Assembly: GCA_047173405.1 (NCBI GenBank)
Contig: JBCQVD010000001.1
Location: 1 to 63,693, forward strand
Source of the DNA: Rikenellaceae bacterium
GTDB taxonomy: Bacteria; Bacteroidota; Bacteroidia; Bacteroidales; Rikenellaceae
Length of the DNA: 63,693 bases
Direction of reading: 5' to 3'
How positions within the stretch are numbered: position 1 is the stretch's first letter; each line of letters starts with the position of its first letter. Positions 9,402 to 20,800 of the stretch are shown in pieces. The notes beneath the pieces were generated by a model. That model worked only from the letters and a program-made list of their open reading frames with translations, did not search any database and had not been told where the DNA came from. The position numbers and the translations under genes were made by a program.

Positions 9402-9785
9402 TTATACGCGACGTTGCTGTTTTGCCTCGATGCACTCTGTTGCATGAGGTACGCGAAGAAGGCGTTGCTTTGGTATTAGTACTCCCGTAGTTTTGCAAAT
9501 GCCGTAAGTCTTATTCTCGATGCGAATAAGAGCAAGTTCCAGGTTACGGATAAACTTAAGTTGGTGAGCAGCGAGTCGTGCGCTCTCCTCCTTTGAGAGG
9601 GTTGTGGCACCCTCCTCTAACACTTTATAGGTGGGTGATGTATCCTCTGTGCCATTATCTGCCGTGTGGGTAATTGTTGCGCGAAGAAGTTCATAGTCAT
9701 CGCGTGCGTTACTTAGCTTTTGGAGAATGAGCTCCTTGAACTCTGCTAAATCAGCATCTCCGTATCTTACAACATCGGTGGACAT
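9402..9785 (-). CDS. TraR/DksA-family regulator
   Basis: RYGDADLAEFKELI N-terminus; ALIRIENKTYGICKTTG...RLLRVPHATECIEAK C-terminus. Confidence 0.88.
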   Translation of the reverse strand: MSTDVVRYGDADLAEFKELILQKLSNARDDYELLRATITHTADNGTEDTSPTYKVLEEGATTLSKEESARLAAHQLKFIRNLELALIRIENKTYGICKTTGVLIPKQRLLRVPHATECIEAKQQRRV

Positions 9786-9880
9786 AAATTTTAGTTTTTT
9801 ATTTTCGTAAAGTTAAGTATAAAAAAGGTCAAATCAAAATGAAAGCACTGTAAATATTACAAATATAATGCAAATAATAC

Positions 9881-9925
9881 AAACGTGAGTTTTGATTAAG
9901 ACACACTCAATCAAAACTCACGTTT
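9881..9925. terminator. Hairpin or terminator after PpiD-like gene
   Basis: 17-bp perfect inverted repeat aaacgtgagttttgatt/aatcaaaactcacgttt. Confidence 0.65.
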
Positions 9926-9946
9926 ATATGTGAAATTAGCTCTATC

Positions 9947-11980
9947 CTAGAAGAAGCGACCTCTTAGATCCTTGATGTTACTAAGTTGCTCAATGGCTGG
10001 GAACACACCCTGCTGAGCGTTACTCTCGGCATTTGCTTGTAGGCGAACCTTAACTTGCTCTTCGGTGACTGGCTCTGCGCTCTCATTGATGCTATCAACA
10101 ACAAAGACAAATAGTCCAGTTACACCCCTTACAGGAGCTGATACTACACCAACCTCGCTAGAGGCAACAGCACCGATAAATGCAGGCTCTACACCCACCT
10201 CACTAACATAGTAAGCATCGTACTTAAGATCTGTGAACTCTGCAATTTTAGAGTTAAGGCTTGCTGCCATATCCTCGAACGACGAACCACTCAACTCACT
10301 CTTGATAGCCTCAAATTTCTTAGTGCGTAGAAGCTCTGATCTGATAGATTTAGTAGCACTCTCGACTGGAGCATACTCGTTATCATCTACTTGTGTTAGC
10401 ATAGCAACAACATATCCATCATCAACCTTGAAGATCTCCGATAGGTCGTTCACCTCGGCTGAGTAGACCCATCTAGCAATCTCTCGAGAGTTTGCGACTC
10501 CCTGGATGTCGCGCTGTCCGCGGCGAAGCATTGATGAACGTACTGTCATCTTAGTTGAGTCGGCGGCTGTTTTGAAGTTCGCCGCAGTGCCCTTAGCATT
10601 TACAGCGAAGAGGCTAGCGTCGTTGTGCGCTTGGCGGATTGTTGCTTGTGACGGCTCGATAGGGTACTCGATAGATGCCACCATATAGTGCTTTGTTGGG
10701 CGACCAACATTGTATGGTTTTACGATCTGAATCATATCGGTGGTCTCAATCTTGATGAGCTTACCCTCTTTGGCTGTTGTTAGCGCGTCGGCGAACTCTC
10801 CCGCGAAAGCAGAGTATGGAGCACGTCCATAGTTACCGCCTACTTGTGCTGCCTGCTCATCTGCGGTGTAGACGCTCGCTGCCTTAGCAAAATCACCTCC
10901 CTTGCTAAGAGCTGTGTATAGGCTGTCGGCAAGTTTAGCTTGATCTATAGGAAGTACAATCATGCTTATACCCACGCTATCAGGAGCCATGCGGCTGCTC
11001 ACCACGCGCGAAGTTCTCCACACGTCGTTGTTTAGCTCGGGTCCATACATTTCATCTTTAGCGAGAGTTTCAACCTCTTTGGCTAGGAGCTGAGACTCGA
11101 TAACATAGTTGTTAGTGATCGAGGCGTTGCGGTTCTCACGAACATACGCTTTAAGATCTGCACTCTTAGCGAACTCACCACCTGCTGCCATCGCCTTTTT
11201 CTCTATCGCTAGCTTGTCGTCGGCAGTAGCTGCAATATTAAATAGCGTGTAGTTAATTGTTCGTGATGGAAGTTGTTTGTAGTTCTGCTTGTGTGCGTTG
11301 TAGTACAATTTAATCTCGCTGTCACTAACGGTAAATAGTGAGTCTGCAAGCTTCGAGTAGCGCTTACCAATCCACTTACCATTGTATGTCTTGTTGTCAT
11401 GAGCTACTGCCTCTTTAACCTCCAAAGCATTAGCGTATGCTCCTTGACGTATTAGTGCCATATACTTTGTAGCCTCACGCTCGGTACGTGCCTGACCATT
11501 GATAAAGTTCCACGCAGCCTCAGCTTGTGGGTTGCCAGCCGATTGTAGTAGGAACTGACCTACAGCCTCAGGGTGGTACTCGCCTGTTGTTCTATCCGCG
11601 AAAGCGGCATAGAAGGCTTGAGTGCGGATATCGCCACTCATTACTGCAAGACGCTCGTTCTCGCCCATGCCGATACCTAGCTCCTCGAAGCCTGGAAGTA
11701 GCACATATTTAGCTAACAAAGATTGTGCTGTTGAGTTAGCGAGCATATCGCTCTGCTCCTGTGTTGATTCGCTCATGCCGCTCTGCTCTCTTATCTCGTT
11801 GTATTCTGATAGATACTCGGTATAGCTTACTGAAGCGTCGTCAATTATTAGAACTTCGGGGTCATTGCCACCAAAGCCCATCTCTGCTTTGAGAGAGAAG
11901 ATAAATGCTAAAAGGGCAAATGCGATAACTGCTGAAAGCACAATGCCAAATTTAGTTCTTAGTGTATTAAGAGTTGCCAT
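9947..11980 (-). CDS. PpiD/SurA N-terminal-domain peptidyl-prolyl isomerase or chaperone
   Basis: MATLNTLR N-terminus with TM anchor, parvulin-like region (GGDFAKAASVYT), C-terminal IKDLRGRFF. Confidence 0.85.
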   Translation of the reverse strand: MATLNTLRTKFGIVLSAVIAFALLAFIFSLKAEMGFGGNDPEVLIIDDASVSYTEYLSEYNEIREQSGMSESTQEQSDMLANSTAQSLLAKYVLLPGFEELGIGMGENERLAVMSGDIRTQAFYAAFADRTTGEYHPEAVGQFLLQSAGNPQAEAAWNFINGQARTEREATKYMALIRQGAYANALEVKEAVAHDNKTYNGKWIGKRYSKLADSLFTVSDSEIKLYYNAHKQNYKQLPSRTINYTLFNIAATADDKLAIEKKAMAAGGEFAKSADLKAYVRENRNASITNNYVIESQLLAKEVETLAKDEMYGPELNNDVWRTSRVVSSRMAPDSVGISMIVLPIDQAKLADSLYTALSKGGDFAKAASVYTADEQAAQVGGNYGRAPYSAFAGEFADALTTAKEGKLIKIETTDMIQIVKPYNVGRPTKHYMVASIEYPIEPSQATIRQAHNDASLFAVNAKGTAANFKTAADSTKMTVRSSMLRRGQRDIQGVANSREIARWVYSAEVNDLSEIFKVDDGYVVAMLTQVDDNEYAPVESATKSIRSELLRTKKFEAIKSELSGSSFEDMAASLNSKIAEFTDLKYDAYYVSEVGVEPAFIGAVASSEVGVVSAPVRGVTGLFVFVVDSINESAEPVTEEQVKVRLQANAESNAQQGVFPAIEQLSNIKDLRGRFF

Positions 11981-12054
11981 ATGATTATGTTTTATTGTTT
12001 ACAATATTTTTAATTGACCCCAAAGATAGTAATTTTTTTGTAAAGGAGCGCTTT

Positions 12055-13323
12055 TTAGTCAATAATTTTTACGTTGAGAAGTTCTAATCGGGATGCTGTT
12101 GTGCGAATAATCTCAATTTCGAGATTTTCGAGCTTTATAGTCTCTCCATTGGATGGGATATCTTGGTGGTTGTAGATGATGTAACCCGCCAGAGTGTCGT
12201 ACTCGTCACTAAGCTCAATGCCTAGCCCGTATTTGTCGTTGAGGTACCTCACCTCTAGGCGTCCCGAGAAGGTGTACTCACTGTCGCTCACGGCACGCTC
12301 GATCATCTCCTGCTCATCGTGTTCATCCTCGATTTCGCCGAAGATCTGCTCTAGGATATCCTCAAGGGAGATAACGCCAGCTGTACCTCCGAACTCATCT
12401 ATAACGACTGCGATATTGCTCTTTTTTGATATAATACTCTGTAACAGAGCGTTTAGCTCCATGGTGTCTGGTACGAAGTTGACGGGTCGAAGTATCTCCT
12501 CTACGCTCTTTGGGTTGTGGAAGAGACTCTTAGAGTTTATATAGCCAATGATGTTGTCAATACTACCACGCCACACGAAGATACGCGAGTACTTGGTCTT
12601 AAAGAATACCTCCGTAAGCTCTTTGATTGAGATATTTTTGATATCTACTGCCACAATATCCACGCGTTGGGTCATGGAGTCACGTACGCGCAGGTCGGCA
12701 AAATCGAGAGCGTTCTGGAATAGCTTGATCTCCTTTTCGGTGTCGCCTTGCACCTCTCCACATCCGTTCGTGGCGTCAATAAGGCTAGCTAAGTCGCTCT
12801 TATTGAATGCCGCAGCGCTCTGCTCGCTATCTATATTGCTGTCTATGAGCTTTAGGAGTAGCTGCGAGAGTACCGTAGTGAACTTCGCAATGGGGTAGAG
12901 TATGATGTAGAACAATCCCATGATGGGGGACAGCATCTTATAGTAGAAGTTGGGGCTACTCTTGAATATTGACTTGGGTAGAAACTCCGCAACAAAGATG
13001 ATTATAAGTGTCGATACCGAGGTCTCGATTATCATTGATAGGTTTGTGGAGATCCAACTCTGCCCTTGCGTGAAGGCACCTATGGTCGATGACATATAGA
13101 GCGAGTAGATAACAAGCGCAATATTGTTACCTACGAGTATTGTCGTGATGTATTGACCAGGATTCTGGGCGAATACTTCGGCAATACGGTCAAACATCCT
13201 GTTTTGTTTGCGGTCAATCTCTAGTTTGAGTCTGTTTTTACTCAAAAAAGCTATCTCCATTCCAGAAAAGAAGGCGGAGAATAGAAGCATCAAGATAATG
13301 ACTATAAGTGCACTTGTTGACAT
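12055..13323 (-). CDS. Hemolysin-family (CNNM/DUF21-CBS-CorC) membrane protein
   Basis: SAFFSGMEIAF, TILVGNNI, AEFLPK, VIDEFGGTAG, YDTLAGYI motifs. Confidence 0.92.
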   Translation of the reverse strand: MSTSALIVIILMLLFSAFFSGMEIAFLSKNRLKLEIDRKQNRMFDRIAEVFAQNPGQYITTILVGNNIALVIYSLYMSSTIGAFTQGQSWISTNLSMIIETSVSTLIIIFVAEFLPKSIFKSSPNFYYKMLSPIMGLFYIILYPIAKFTTVLSQLLLKLIDSNIDSEQSAAAFNKSDLASLIDATNGCGEVQGDTEKEIKLFQNALDFADLRVRDSMTQRVDIVAVDIKNISIKELTEVFFKTKYSRIFVWRGSIDNIIGYINSKSLFHNPKSVEEILRPVNFVPDTMELNALLQSIISKKSNIAVVIDEFGGTAGVISLEDILEQIFGEIEDEHDEQEMIERAVSDSEYTFSGRLEVRYLNDKYGLGIELSDEYDTLAGYIIYNHQDIPSNGETIKLENLEIEIIRTTASRLELLNVKIID

Positions 13324-13330
13324 GTTAACT

Positions 13331-14143
13331 CTACTTTTTCACCGTTTTTCTAGGCGCAGGGGCTTTTTTTGCACTGTTCGAGGTTGTAGTTCCTCTCTTG
13401 GGAGCCTCTTTGGTGGTGTTACTCTTTTTGGTAACACTCTGCGGCGGAGTGCTCTTTTTGGGCGCTGTCTTGGTTGTGCTATCTCTCCTTGCTGCCGTGA
13501 GAGTGTCGCGCACGAGAGAATCCACCGCGAGAGAATCTTGCCTCATGGCGGTCGAGTCCTGCGCCTCTTTAGGCTCAAGGTCCATACCCATAACGCCCTT
13601 CATGCGGCGGAACTTCCAGTCCGACATATCCTCGGTCGATTCGAAACCCTCACCGATATAGCTGTCCCCACTCACCCTGTCGACAATTTTAGTATCTACA
13701 TTCGAGTATATTAGCTGTGTTGAGGCGTTCCAGAATAGCTGTTGCGAGAATAGCTCTTTGCCATCTGCGCGGATGATGGTGACATCACCTTGCGCCTCCC
13801 AGAGCTTACGATTCTCGTAATATATGGCGAAGTTGGCGGTGAGTACAGCGTCAACTTGTGGCGGATCTTCTTTGGTGAATGTCGTAATCTTTATCCCTTG
13901 AGGGAACTCGCGATAGGGGTCTTTAGCTAGGGTGTAGCCCTGTACTACGGGTGCCTTAAAGCGGTATGAGGTGCGTCCATTCTCCGCCATTATCATCTCA
14001 AGACTGTCGCTCGACTCATTCATCATGCGTTCATAATTGACGCTCTTAGACTCCCCGCCTCCACCTCCACACGAAAATAGAGAGATAGCACCCCCCCAGA
14101 AGAGGAGTGCTACCAAAAGTTTTGATATGGTGTTATCACCCAT
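13331..14143 (-). CDS. lptC: LPS export protein LptC with K/T-rich C-terminal tail
   Basis: Lipoprotein-like signal; EFPQGI, LWEAQGDV, SQQLFWN, GEGFES motifs; operon context. Confidence 0.8.
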   Translation of the reverse strand: MGDNTISKLLVALLFWGGAISLFSCGGGGGESKSVNYERMMNESSDSLEMIMAENGRTSYRFKAPVVQGYTLAKDPYREFPQGIKITTFTKEDPPQVDAVLTANFAIYYENRKLWEAQGDVTIIRADGKELFSQQLFWNASTQLIYSNVDTKIVDRVSGDSYIGEGFESTEDMSDWKFRRMKGVMGMDLEPKEAQDSTAMRQDSLAVDSLVRDTLTAARRDSTTKTAPKKSTPPQSVTKKSNTTKEAPKRGTTTSNSAKKAPAPRKTVKK

Positions 14144-14154
14144 TCAGTCTACGA

Positions 14155-15516
14155 CTATTTAGTACCCTTGCGAACGGTAGTCTTAATACCATTGGCAATA
14201 CCACACTTGATAGTGTATGGTGAACCCTCCTTGAGGTCACGCATGAAGTACTCCTCCTCCATTGGGTAGTATTGAGGGTATGTGTTAATAATCCTGCGAG
14301 CAACCTCTTTGTAGTCACTCTCCTCGCTGCTGAAGTTAGCGATAGCCTTAGCCATAGTCTCATACGCTACCCAGTATGTCGCTTGACCCTCGAAGCCCTC
14401 GCAGCGACCTGCTGCATTGGCATAACATTGAGCTATCACGAATAGAGCGATACCGTTGTCTTTGATTGTTCCATCGTCGGTGTTGAGCGATGCGCGAGCC
14501 GAAGCGTAAGCGGCAGACATATCATTTAGTGCAAGAGAAACAACAGCGATACGTGCGTTGAGAGCCTCCTGCTCCTCGATATCCTGCTCTGTTGCTAGAG
14601 CATCCTTAAGATACTTAAGAGCCTTGTCATACTCGCCCTTAGCTTGGAATGTTGCAGCTAGAGCCATTGCAGAGGCTGAGTTTGGCTTAAGTTCGTATAG
14701 GTTTTCAACTACTGTGTAGTAGTATGGAGATTGGCACTTGTTGCGACCCATAATAGCAACAACCTTGCTAAGTAGATCCGCATTTGTTGGATCTGCCTCA
14801 ATTTGTGCTGAGAAGAGTCTCTCAAGATCCTCACATGTTGCAGCACCGCTCTGGATAAATAACGAGTTAAACTGCTCGTTAAACTTAGCATTATCTCCTG
14901 TGAGCTTAGCGAAGTATGGTGCAAGGCGCTCATACTCAGAGAGTACCTCTGAACTCATCACCTCGTCCACACCGTAGTCGTCACAAAGGTTCTGGAAGTA
15001 TGTAGCAACAAGCTGAGCATCCGCCTTATCGCCATTGGCTGCGATCATCGCCTTGAATACCTCACGAAGACCCGCGCGATCCATCTTGTTGTATTTAAAG
15101 AAGTCGCGTGCTTTAGCATCGAGGATATAGGCTGTACCTCTAGTCTCATGGTCGCCATAGTATTTAGCTCGCAGGTCGTAGACAATCATAAGTGAATCCA
15201 CGAACATCTTCTTGTCAGAGAGGCTCTTTGCTAGATCACTCTTCTTGCGATAGATGGCTATACCGCGTGCGAAGATGGCGTCGGTAGCCTCAGGCACTGC
15301 CGTAGCTAGTAGGTTGAAGAGTCTAGCAGCCTCGTTGTAGTCTCCATTTGTAACCGCAGCACGCAAGTACGAGTTGTTGTGCATGTTGGTCTCACGTTCT
15401 TGTGTTGTTGCTCCCCATTTGGCGTAAGCTGGATTTGAGAAGTCCACCTGTTGAGCATTGGTGTTAACGCAGAGAAGCGTCAACGCTGCAACAAAGATTG
15501 ATTTGATATGTTTCAT
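14155..15516 (-). CDS. Secreted TPR-repeat protein
   Basis: Signal peptide; helical repeats (DSLMIVYDLRAKYY, GEYDKALKYLKDA); position upstream of lptC. Confidence 0.7.
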   Translation of the reverse strand: MKHIKSIFVAALTLLCVNTNAQQVDFSNPAYAKWGATTQERETNMHNNSYLRAAVTNGDYNEAARLFNLLATAVPEATDAIFARGIAIYRKKSDLAKSLSDKKMFVDSLMIVYDLRAKYYGDHETRGTAYILDAKARDFFKYNKMDRAGLREVFKAMIAANGDKADAQLVATYFQNLCDDYGVDEVMSSEVLSEYERLAPYFAKLTGDNAKFNEQFNSLFIQSGAATCEDLERLFSAQIEADPTNADLLSKVVAIMGRNKCQSPYYYTVVENLYELKPNSASAMALAATFQAKGEYDKALKYLKDALATEQDIEEQEALNARIAVVSLALNDMSAAYASARASLNTDDGTIKDNGIALFVIAQCYANAAGRCEGFEGQATYWVAYETMAKAIANFSSEESDYKEVARRIINTYPQYYPMEEEYFMRDLKEGSPYTIKCGIANGIKTTVRKGTK

Positions 15517-15547
15517 CTCTTAAGTAGTAATATAGATTAATTATTTA

Positions 15548-16891
15548 TTAGTCGTATTTTGGTCTCTGGAACCAGTAATCATCACCAAACATAGTGATTC
15601 CGATTCCAATCTTAAATTGGTTTTGACGTATTAGCTCGATGCTGTTATCGTTGTATGTAATAGTCTTGTTCTTGCCTAGCGAGTTGTACTCGACACCCAC
15701 GTCGATCTTCGATATTCCGAACATATTGGTTGGGAATCCCACACCCATAGTAATCGCGTATTGTGTTAGATCCTCACCTCCATAATTTTGGTAGTAGCCA
15801 CCATATCTAAGACCTGCGCGGTACGATGCTCTCTTGAGGTAGCTTCGGATGTCACCTCTATTGGGGATATACTCAGCTCCCACATTTATGGTGCTAAAGC
15901 CACTAAACCTAACAGGGATGTCGGTTATCGACATTGTCGCTTCTCCGTCATTTGAGCTACTCCAATCTTGGAACGTATAGTCCGCAAGCAGTGTGAGCTT
16001 AGGGGTTTGGTGCATTACTCCCAGTGAGAATTGAACTGGAAGCACTAGTTTGCTAGAGTATGAAATATCCTGCGCGTAGAAGTCCTGAACCTCGTTGTTA
16101 CCGTAGATTATCTCTGTGATAGTTGGTGATAGGTCACCTCCAGGGTTAAATGTCGCACCGAAAGTTAAGTTCTTCTTGCGCTCGGCAATAGGGCTCCACT
16201 GCACACCGAGTTGCCACTTGATACTCGATACTTGTGTTGTGTTTTTACCAATGGCGTAGGCGTAGTTTCCTCCGCTGGTGATCGAGGTGATCGAGAGACC
16301 ATAAGAGTGGTCGATCTGCCCCCAATAGTATAGAGCCGCAACACCGACCGACAGGTTCTCAACAATCTCCCAGCCCACACCAAACTTAACCTCGGTGATG
16401 TTACCTTCGCCCTCGTAGGCGTAGCTGATGTAGCCGAGTGCTGGGTACGACGCGTAGCTAGTGATTTTGTATCCCGTTTGGCTGTATGGTGTGACACTGA
16501 TGGCAGCACCTACACCCTCGTAGAGAGGGAGCTGAAGGGCTATATCATGGAAGTTAGCTGTCGCGTATTTGCTGTTGCTATCTCCTTGGCTGTTCGAGAA
16601 ACAGCTGACATTCATACCAAAATCAAAGAGTACACTCTTCTGGAGCGTTATACTGTACGACGCTGGGTTGAGTAGGTTTATGCTCGATCCACTACGCAGA
16701 GCAACACCCGCGCCTCCCATGGAGCGTGTGGGTAGAGTACCTTGTGTTTGTAGATCACCCAGACCATACATTGAGTATACCGAGTAGTTGTTAATGGTCA
16801 TTGGTTCAGCCACTACATCACTACAAAAGCAAATAGAGAGTATAAAGGTGAGGAGTGCAACTCCTCTGGAAATTTTATTTTTTATTAGCAT
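15548..16891 (-). CDS. Outer-membrane beta-barrel protein (FadL-like)
   Basis: YSMYGLGDL, RSMGGAG and NPAS motifs; C-terminal WFQRPKYD. Confidence 0.75.
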   Translation of the reverse strand: MLIKNKISRGVALLTFILSICFCSDVVAEPMTINNYSVYSMYGLGDLQTQGTLPTRSMGGAGVALRSGSSINLLNPASYSITLQKSVLFDFGMNVSCFSNSQGDSNSKYATANFHDIALQLPLYEGVGAAISVTPYSQTGYKITSYASYPALGYISYAYEGEGNITEVKFGVGWEIVENLSVGVAALYYWGQIDHSYGLSITSITSGGNYAYAIGKNTTQVSSIKWQLGVQWSPIAERKKNLTFGATFNPGGDLSPTITEIIYGNNEVQDFYAQDISYSSKLVLPVQFSLGVMHQTPKLTLLADYTFQDWSSSNDGEATMSITDIPVRFSGFSTINVGAEYIPNRGDIRSYLKRASYRAGLRYGGYYQNYGGEDLTQYAITMGVGFPTNMFGISKIDVGVEYNSLGKNKTITYNDNSIELIRQNQFKIGIGITMFGDDYWFQRPKYD

Positions 16892-17612
16892 TATATTCCA
16901 AAATTTTGTTCAAGCCCTTAAATAGCAGCTCTTGCTCTGCAAATATCGTATTTTTAATTCTTTTATCAAAGTATTTTGCGTCTCCACCTACAAAAATAAC
17001 CAACAATTTTTCAAACTTTGATCTAAAGTGTGAAATATATCCCTCCATTTCGTAGCAAATTCCATTCATTACGCCCTTTTTTATTGCGCTTTGAGTTGTT
17101 TGCGCAATATCAAAATCCTCCTCTTGAGCTTGACATAGAGGCAGCGAGGCGGTAAACTCGTGTAGCGCCTTGAACCGCATATTAACTCCTGGCGATATAA
17201 CGCCCCCCTCAAAGGCTCCCTCCGCGCTCACGAAGTCTATTGTTATGGCTGTGCCGCAGTCAATGAGTAGAATATCTCTGTTTTTATATGTGTCGTGTGC
17301 ACCAATAGCAAGAGCCAACCTATCCCGCCCAAGGGTCTCGGGTGTTGAGTAGTTGCACTCTATTGGTAGCTCAAGTGTTGTGTCAAAAAGTAGTGCGTCT
17401 TTAACGATCTCCTTTAGCTCCGCGATTATAGCCGTTGCGTCACCTCGCGTAGAGCAGACAATGGCGCCCGATATATCGTAGCGTCGAGCGAAGTCTCTCA
17501 CCCGCTCTTGCGAGAAGTTATCCTCTGAGAGCATCTCCATGATGGATCCATCACCCTCCATAACGGCATATTTAACGCGGCTATTGCCTATGTCAATAAG
17601 AATATTTACCAT
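16875..17612 (-). CDS. coaX: Type III pantothenate kinase
   Basis: IDIGNSRVK, TPETLGRDR, IDCGTAITID, GGVISPG, GGDA motifs. Confidence 0.95.
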   Translation of the reverse strand: MVNILIDIGNSRVKYAVMEGDGSIMEMLSEDNFSQERVRDFARRYDISGAIVCSTRGDATAIIAELKEIVKDALLFDTTLELPIECNYSTPETLGRDRLALAIGAHDTYKNRDILLIDCGTAITIDFVSAEGAFEGGVISPGVNMRFKALHEFTASLPLCQAQEEDFDIAQTTQSAIKKGVMNGICYEMEGYISHFRSKFEKLLVIFVGGDAKYFDKRIKNTIFAEQELLFKGLNKILEYNANKK

Positions 17613-17686
17613 TTTAAACAGTTTCTTAATGATTTTGAATGTTAGTAAATTATAAATAGATTAGATACGGAGGGTTTATTTTTATT

Positions 17687-17854
17687 CGTATTGTGTTTAA
17701 ATGCTTTGGGCATTTATAAATTTTGAGATTTAAGTTGTTACGTAAATTTATTTGCGATAATAACTTAAAACTCAAAATATTAGAGAGAAGTCTCTAATCA
17801 CAATACGCAAAAAATCCTTAGCTCCGCGGGGAGCACCCCGCTCGCCGAAGGCAG
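17687..17854 (+). repeat. Four-way-junction module (17687-17807) plus REP-like unit (17819-17854)
   Basis: Close homolog of 46075-46243 with compensatory substitutions. Confidence 0.85.
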
Positions 17855-17889
17855 TCCTCAGATTTAATCAGGTAATTTCAACATAAAAC

Positions 17890-20800
17890 TTAAATGGTTT
17901 TCAATAGTTTGTGCCCAGCCTCGATATCCGCCACGCGGCGTATTGTCATCGCTAGGCGGTTGTTGGCGTTACGAATCACGAAGCGGTCACTCTCGCGAGT
18001 AGCCCTTTCGAGGAGTTTCATAAAGGTGTCGCTCTTGTAGTATGCCGAGTTCTGATCCGCTACAAAGTGTACAATCATTAGACCATTCTTAACCTTCACC
18101 CTCTCCATGCCTAGCCTAATAGCTTCCCAGCGCAACCTCACTACATTGAGTAGCTCTTGAGCGGGGCGCGGCAACTCTCCGAAGCGGTCTTTGAGTCGAG
18201 AAGTGAACTTAAGTAGCTCCTCCTCACACTTGATAGAGTCCAGTTCGCGGTATAGCTTAAGCTTCTCGGCCGTCTGTGCTATGTAGGAGTCGGGAAGCTC
18301 TGCCGTAACATCAATATCCACTGTGCAGTCGTCGATGAAGTGGATATTCTGCTCCACCATATCCAGCTCCTTGGGGGTAAGTCCTGCAACGTTAAGCCCC
18401 TCATTGCGGAGTTCGGCTATTGCCTCCTGCATAATTTTCTGGTACGCCTCAAAGCCGATATTGGCGATGAAGCCGCTCTGCTCGGCACCTAACAGGTTAC
18501 CCGCACCTCGAATATCGAGATCCTGCATCGCGATGTTGAACCCCGAGCCTAGGTCCGAGAACTCCTCAATGGCGCGCAGACGACGACGTGCATCGTCGGT
18601 GAGTAGCTCGTCGGGAGGCGAGAGAAGATAACAGTACGCCTTGCGGTCGCTACGTCCCACACGCCCGCGCAGTTGGTGCAGGGCGCTGAGTCCGAAGTAT
18701 TGTGCGTTGTTGATTATGATGGTGTTGGCGTTAGATACGTCGATGCCATTCTCGATGATGGTGGTGGCGAGCAACACATCATACTCGCCATAGATAAAGT
18801 CCATGATGAGCGCTTCGAGATCCTTGGCGGGCATCTTGCCGTGTCCTACGGCGACCTTCGCCTTGGGGCAGACACGTCGCAGCATATCGCGCACTGAGTT
18901 GAGGTCCTCCACGCGGTTGTGTACCATGTAGACCTGTCCCGCGCGCGAAAGCTCTGTCTCGATAGCTTCGCGTATGATCTCCTCCGAGAAGACGTGCGAC
19001 TCGGTGAGTATAGGTTGGCGGTTGGCGGGTGGCGTGGAGATAACCGACAAGTCGCGCGAACCCATAAGCGAGAACTGGAGTGTTCGAGGTATGGGCGTTG
19101 CGGTGAGCGTCAGGGTGTCGACATTGACACTCAATTCGGTGAGCTTCTCTTTGGCTCCAACGCCAAACTTCTGCTCTTCGTCGATGATAAGTAGCCCCAG
19201 ATCCTTGAACCGAACCTGCTTGCCTAGGATTTTGTGTGTTCCGATGAGTATATCGACCTTGCCATCGGCGAGATCCTTGAGTATCATGGTTGTCTCGCGC
19301 GCCGACTTTGTACGGTTGAGGTACTCGATCTTTACGGGGAACTCCTTGAGTCGCGACATAAACGAGCGGTAGTGCTGCATGGCAAGGATTGTCGTTGGCA
19401 CAAGTATCGCCACCTGCTTACCATCTGTCGCCGCTTTGAATGCTGCGCGTATGGCAACCTCGGTCTTACCGAAGCCCACATCGCCACAGACGAGTCTATC
19501 CATTGGCTCTGGCGACTCCATATCCTGCTTCACCGCATTGGTGGCGGCAGTCTGGTCGGGGGTGTCCTCCCACATAAACGAAGCCTCCAGCTCTTGTTGA
19601 AGATAAGTGTCGGGCGAGAAGGCAAACCCCGCGCTCGCCTTACGTCTAGCGTAGAGGGCGATAAGCTCACGCGATATATCCTTGACAGCGCTCTTAGTTG
19701 CGTTTTTGAGCTTCTGCCACGCTCCAGTGCCTAGCTTGTAGATCTTGGGTGGCTCGGCGTCGCCACTCTTATAGCGCGAGATGCGGTGCAGTGAGTGTAC
19801 GTTGACAAAGAGTACATCATTATCCTTATAGGTTAGCTTTATCGCTTCGTGAAGCTTTCCATTCTCGTTGATCTTGACAAGTCCACCGAACTTACCCACG
19901 CCATGGTCGTAGTGTACAACATAGTCACCCACTTGTAGTTGGTTAAGCTCGGCGATGGTCATCTGCTCATCGCGCTTTATCTCGCCACGGATCTTGTAGC
20001 GCTGGTAGCGGTCGAAGATCTGGTGGTCGGTGTATAGTTGTAACCTAAGGTCATGATCGACGAAGCCCTCATGAAGAGTTATATTCTTGGCTTTGACTTC
20101 GAGCTGTTTGTACCCTAGCTGGTAGAAGATATTCTCAAGGCGCTCTATTTGAGCCTTATTGCGCGAGAGTATAAAGGTGTCGTACCCTTGGTTCGTGGAG
20201 GTGAGGATGTTGCTCGCTAGCACCTCGAAGTTCTTGTTGAACTTGGGTTGAGGCTTGGTGTGGAACTCAACGACCGAGTCTGCCTCACGTCTCTTGATTG
20301 TGGGGCGGAGTGTAAATACTCTGCAAGGTTTCAAATCGTCGAGCAGCTGATTGCCACTCGTGACGCTTAGATCGACGAGGGAAGGCTCTTCTGCCTCTAC
20401 GAGCATCTTACGTCTAAGCTCGTTGACCTTATCGAGCGCGTAGTCCCCATCCGTAAACCAGTAGCTTGCGTCCCTGCCCACGAACTCCACGAGCGAGATC
20501 TTTGTTGAACTATCGTTGTGTCGGGTGTTGAGGTTGGGGATAATCTCGCAACTCTTGACCTTGTCGAGTGAGAGCTGCGAAGATATATTAAAGCGCCTGA
20601 GTGAGTCTATTTCGTCACCAAAGAAGTCGACACGAAAAGGTTCGCTCTCGGAGTATGAGAAGATATCGACAATACCTCCTCGTGAGGAGTATTGCCCTGG
20701 TTCGTATACGAAATCGACCCTCTCGAAACCAGCCTCCTCGATCGTCTCCCTCAAAAAGTCGATAGATAGTTTATCGCCAACCTTTAGGTTTATCGCCTCG

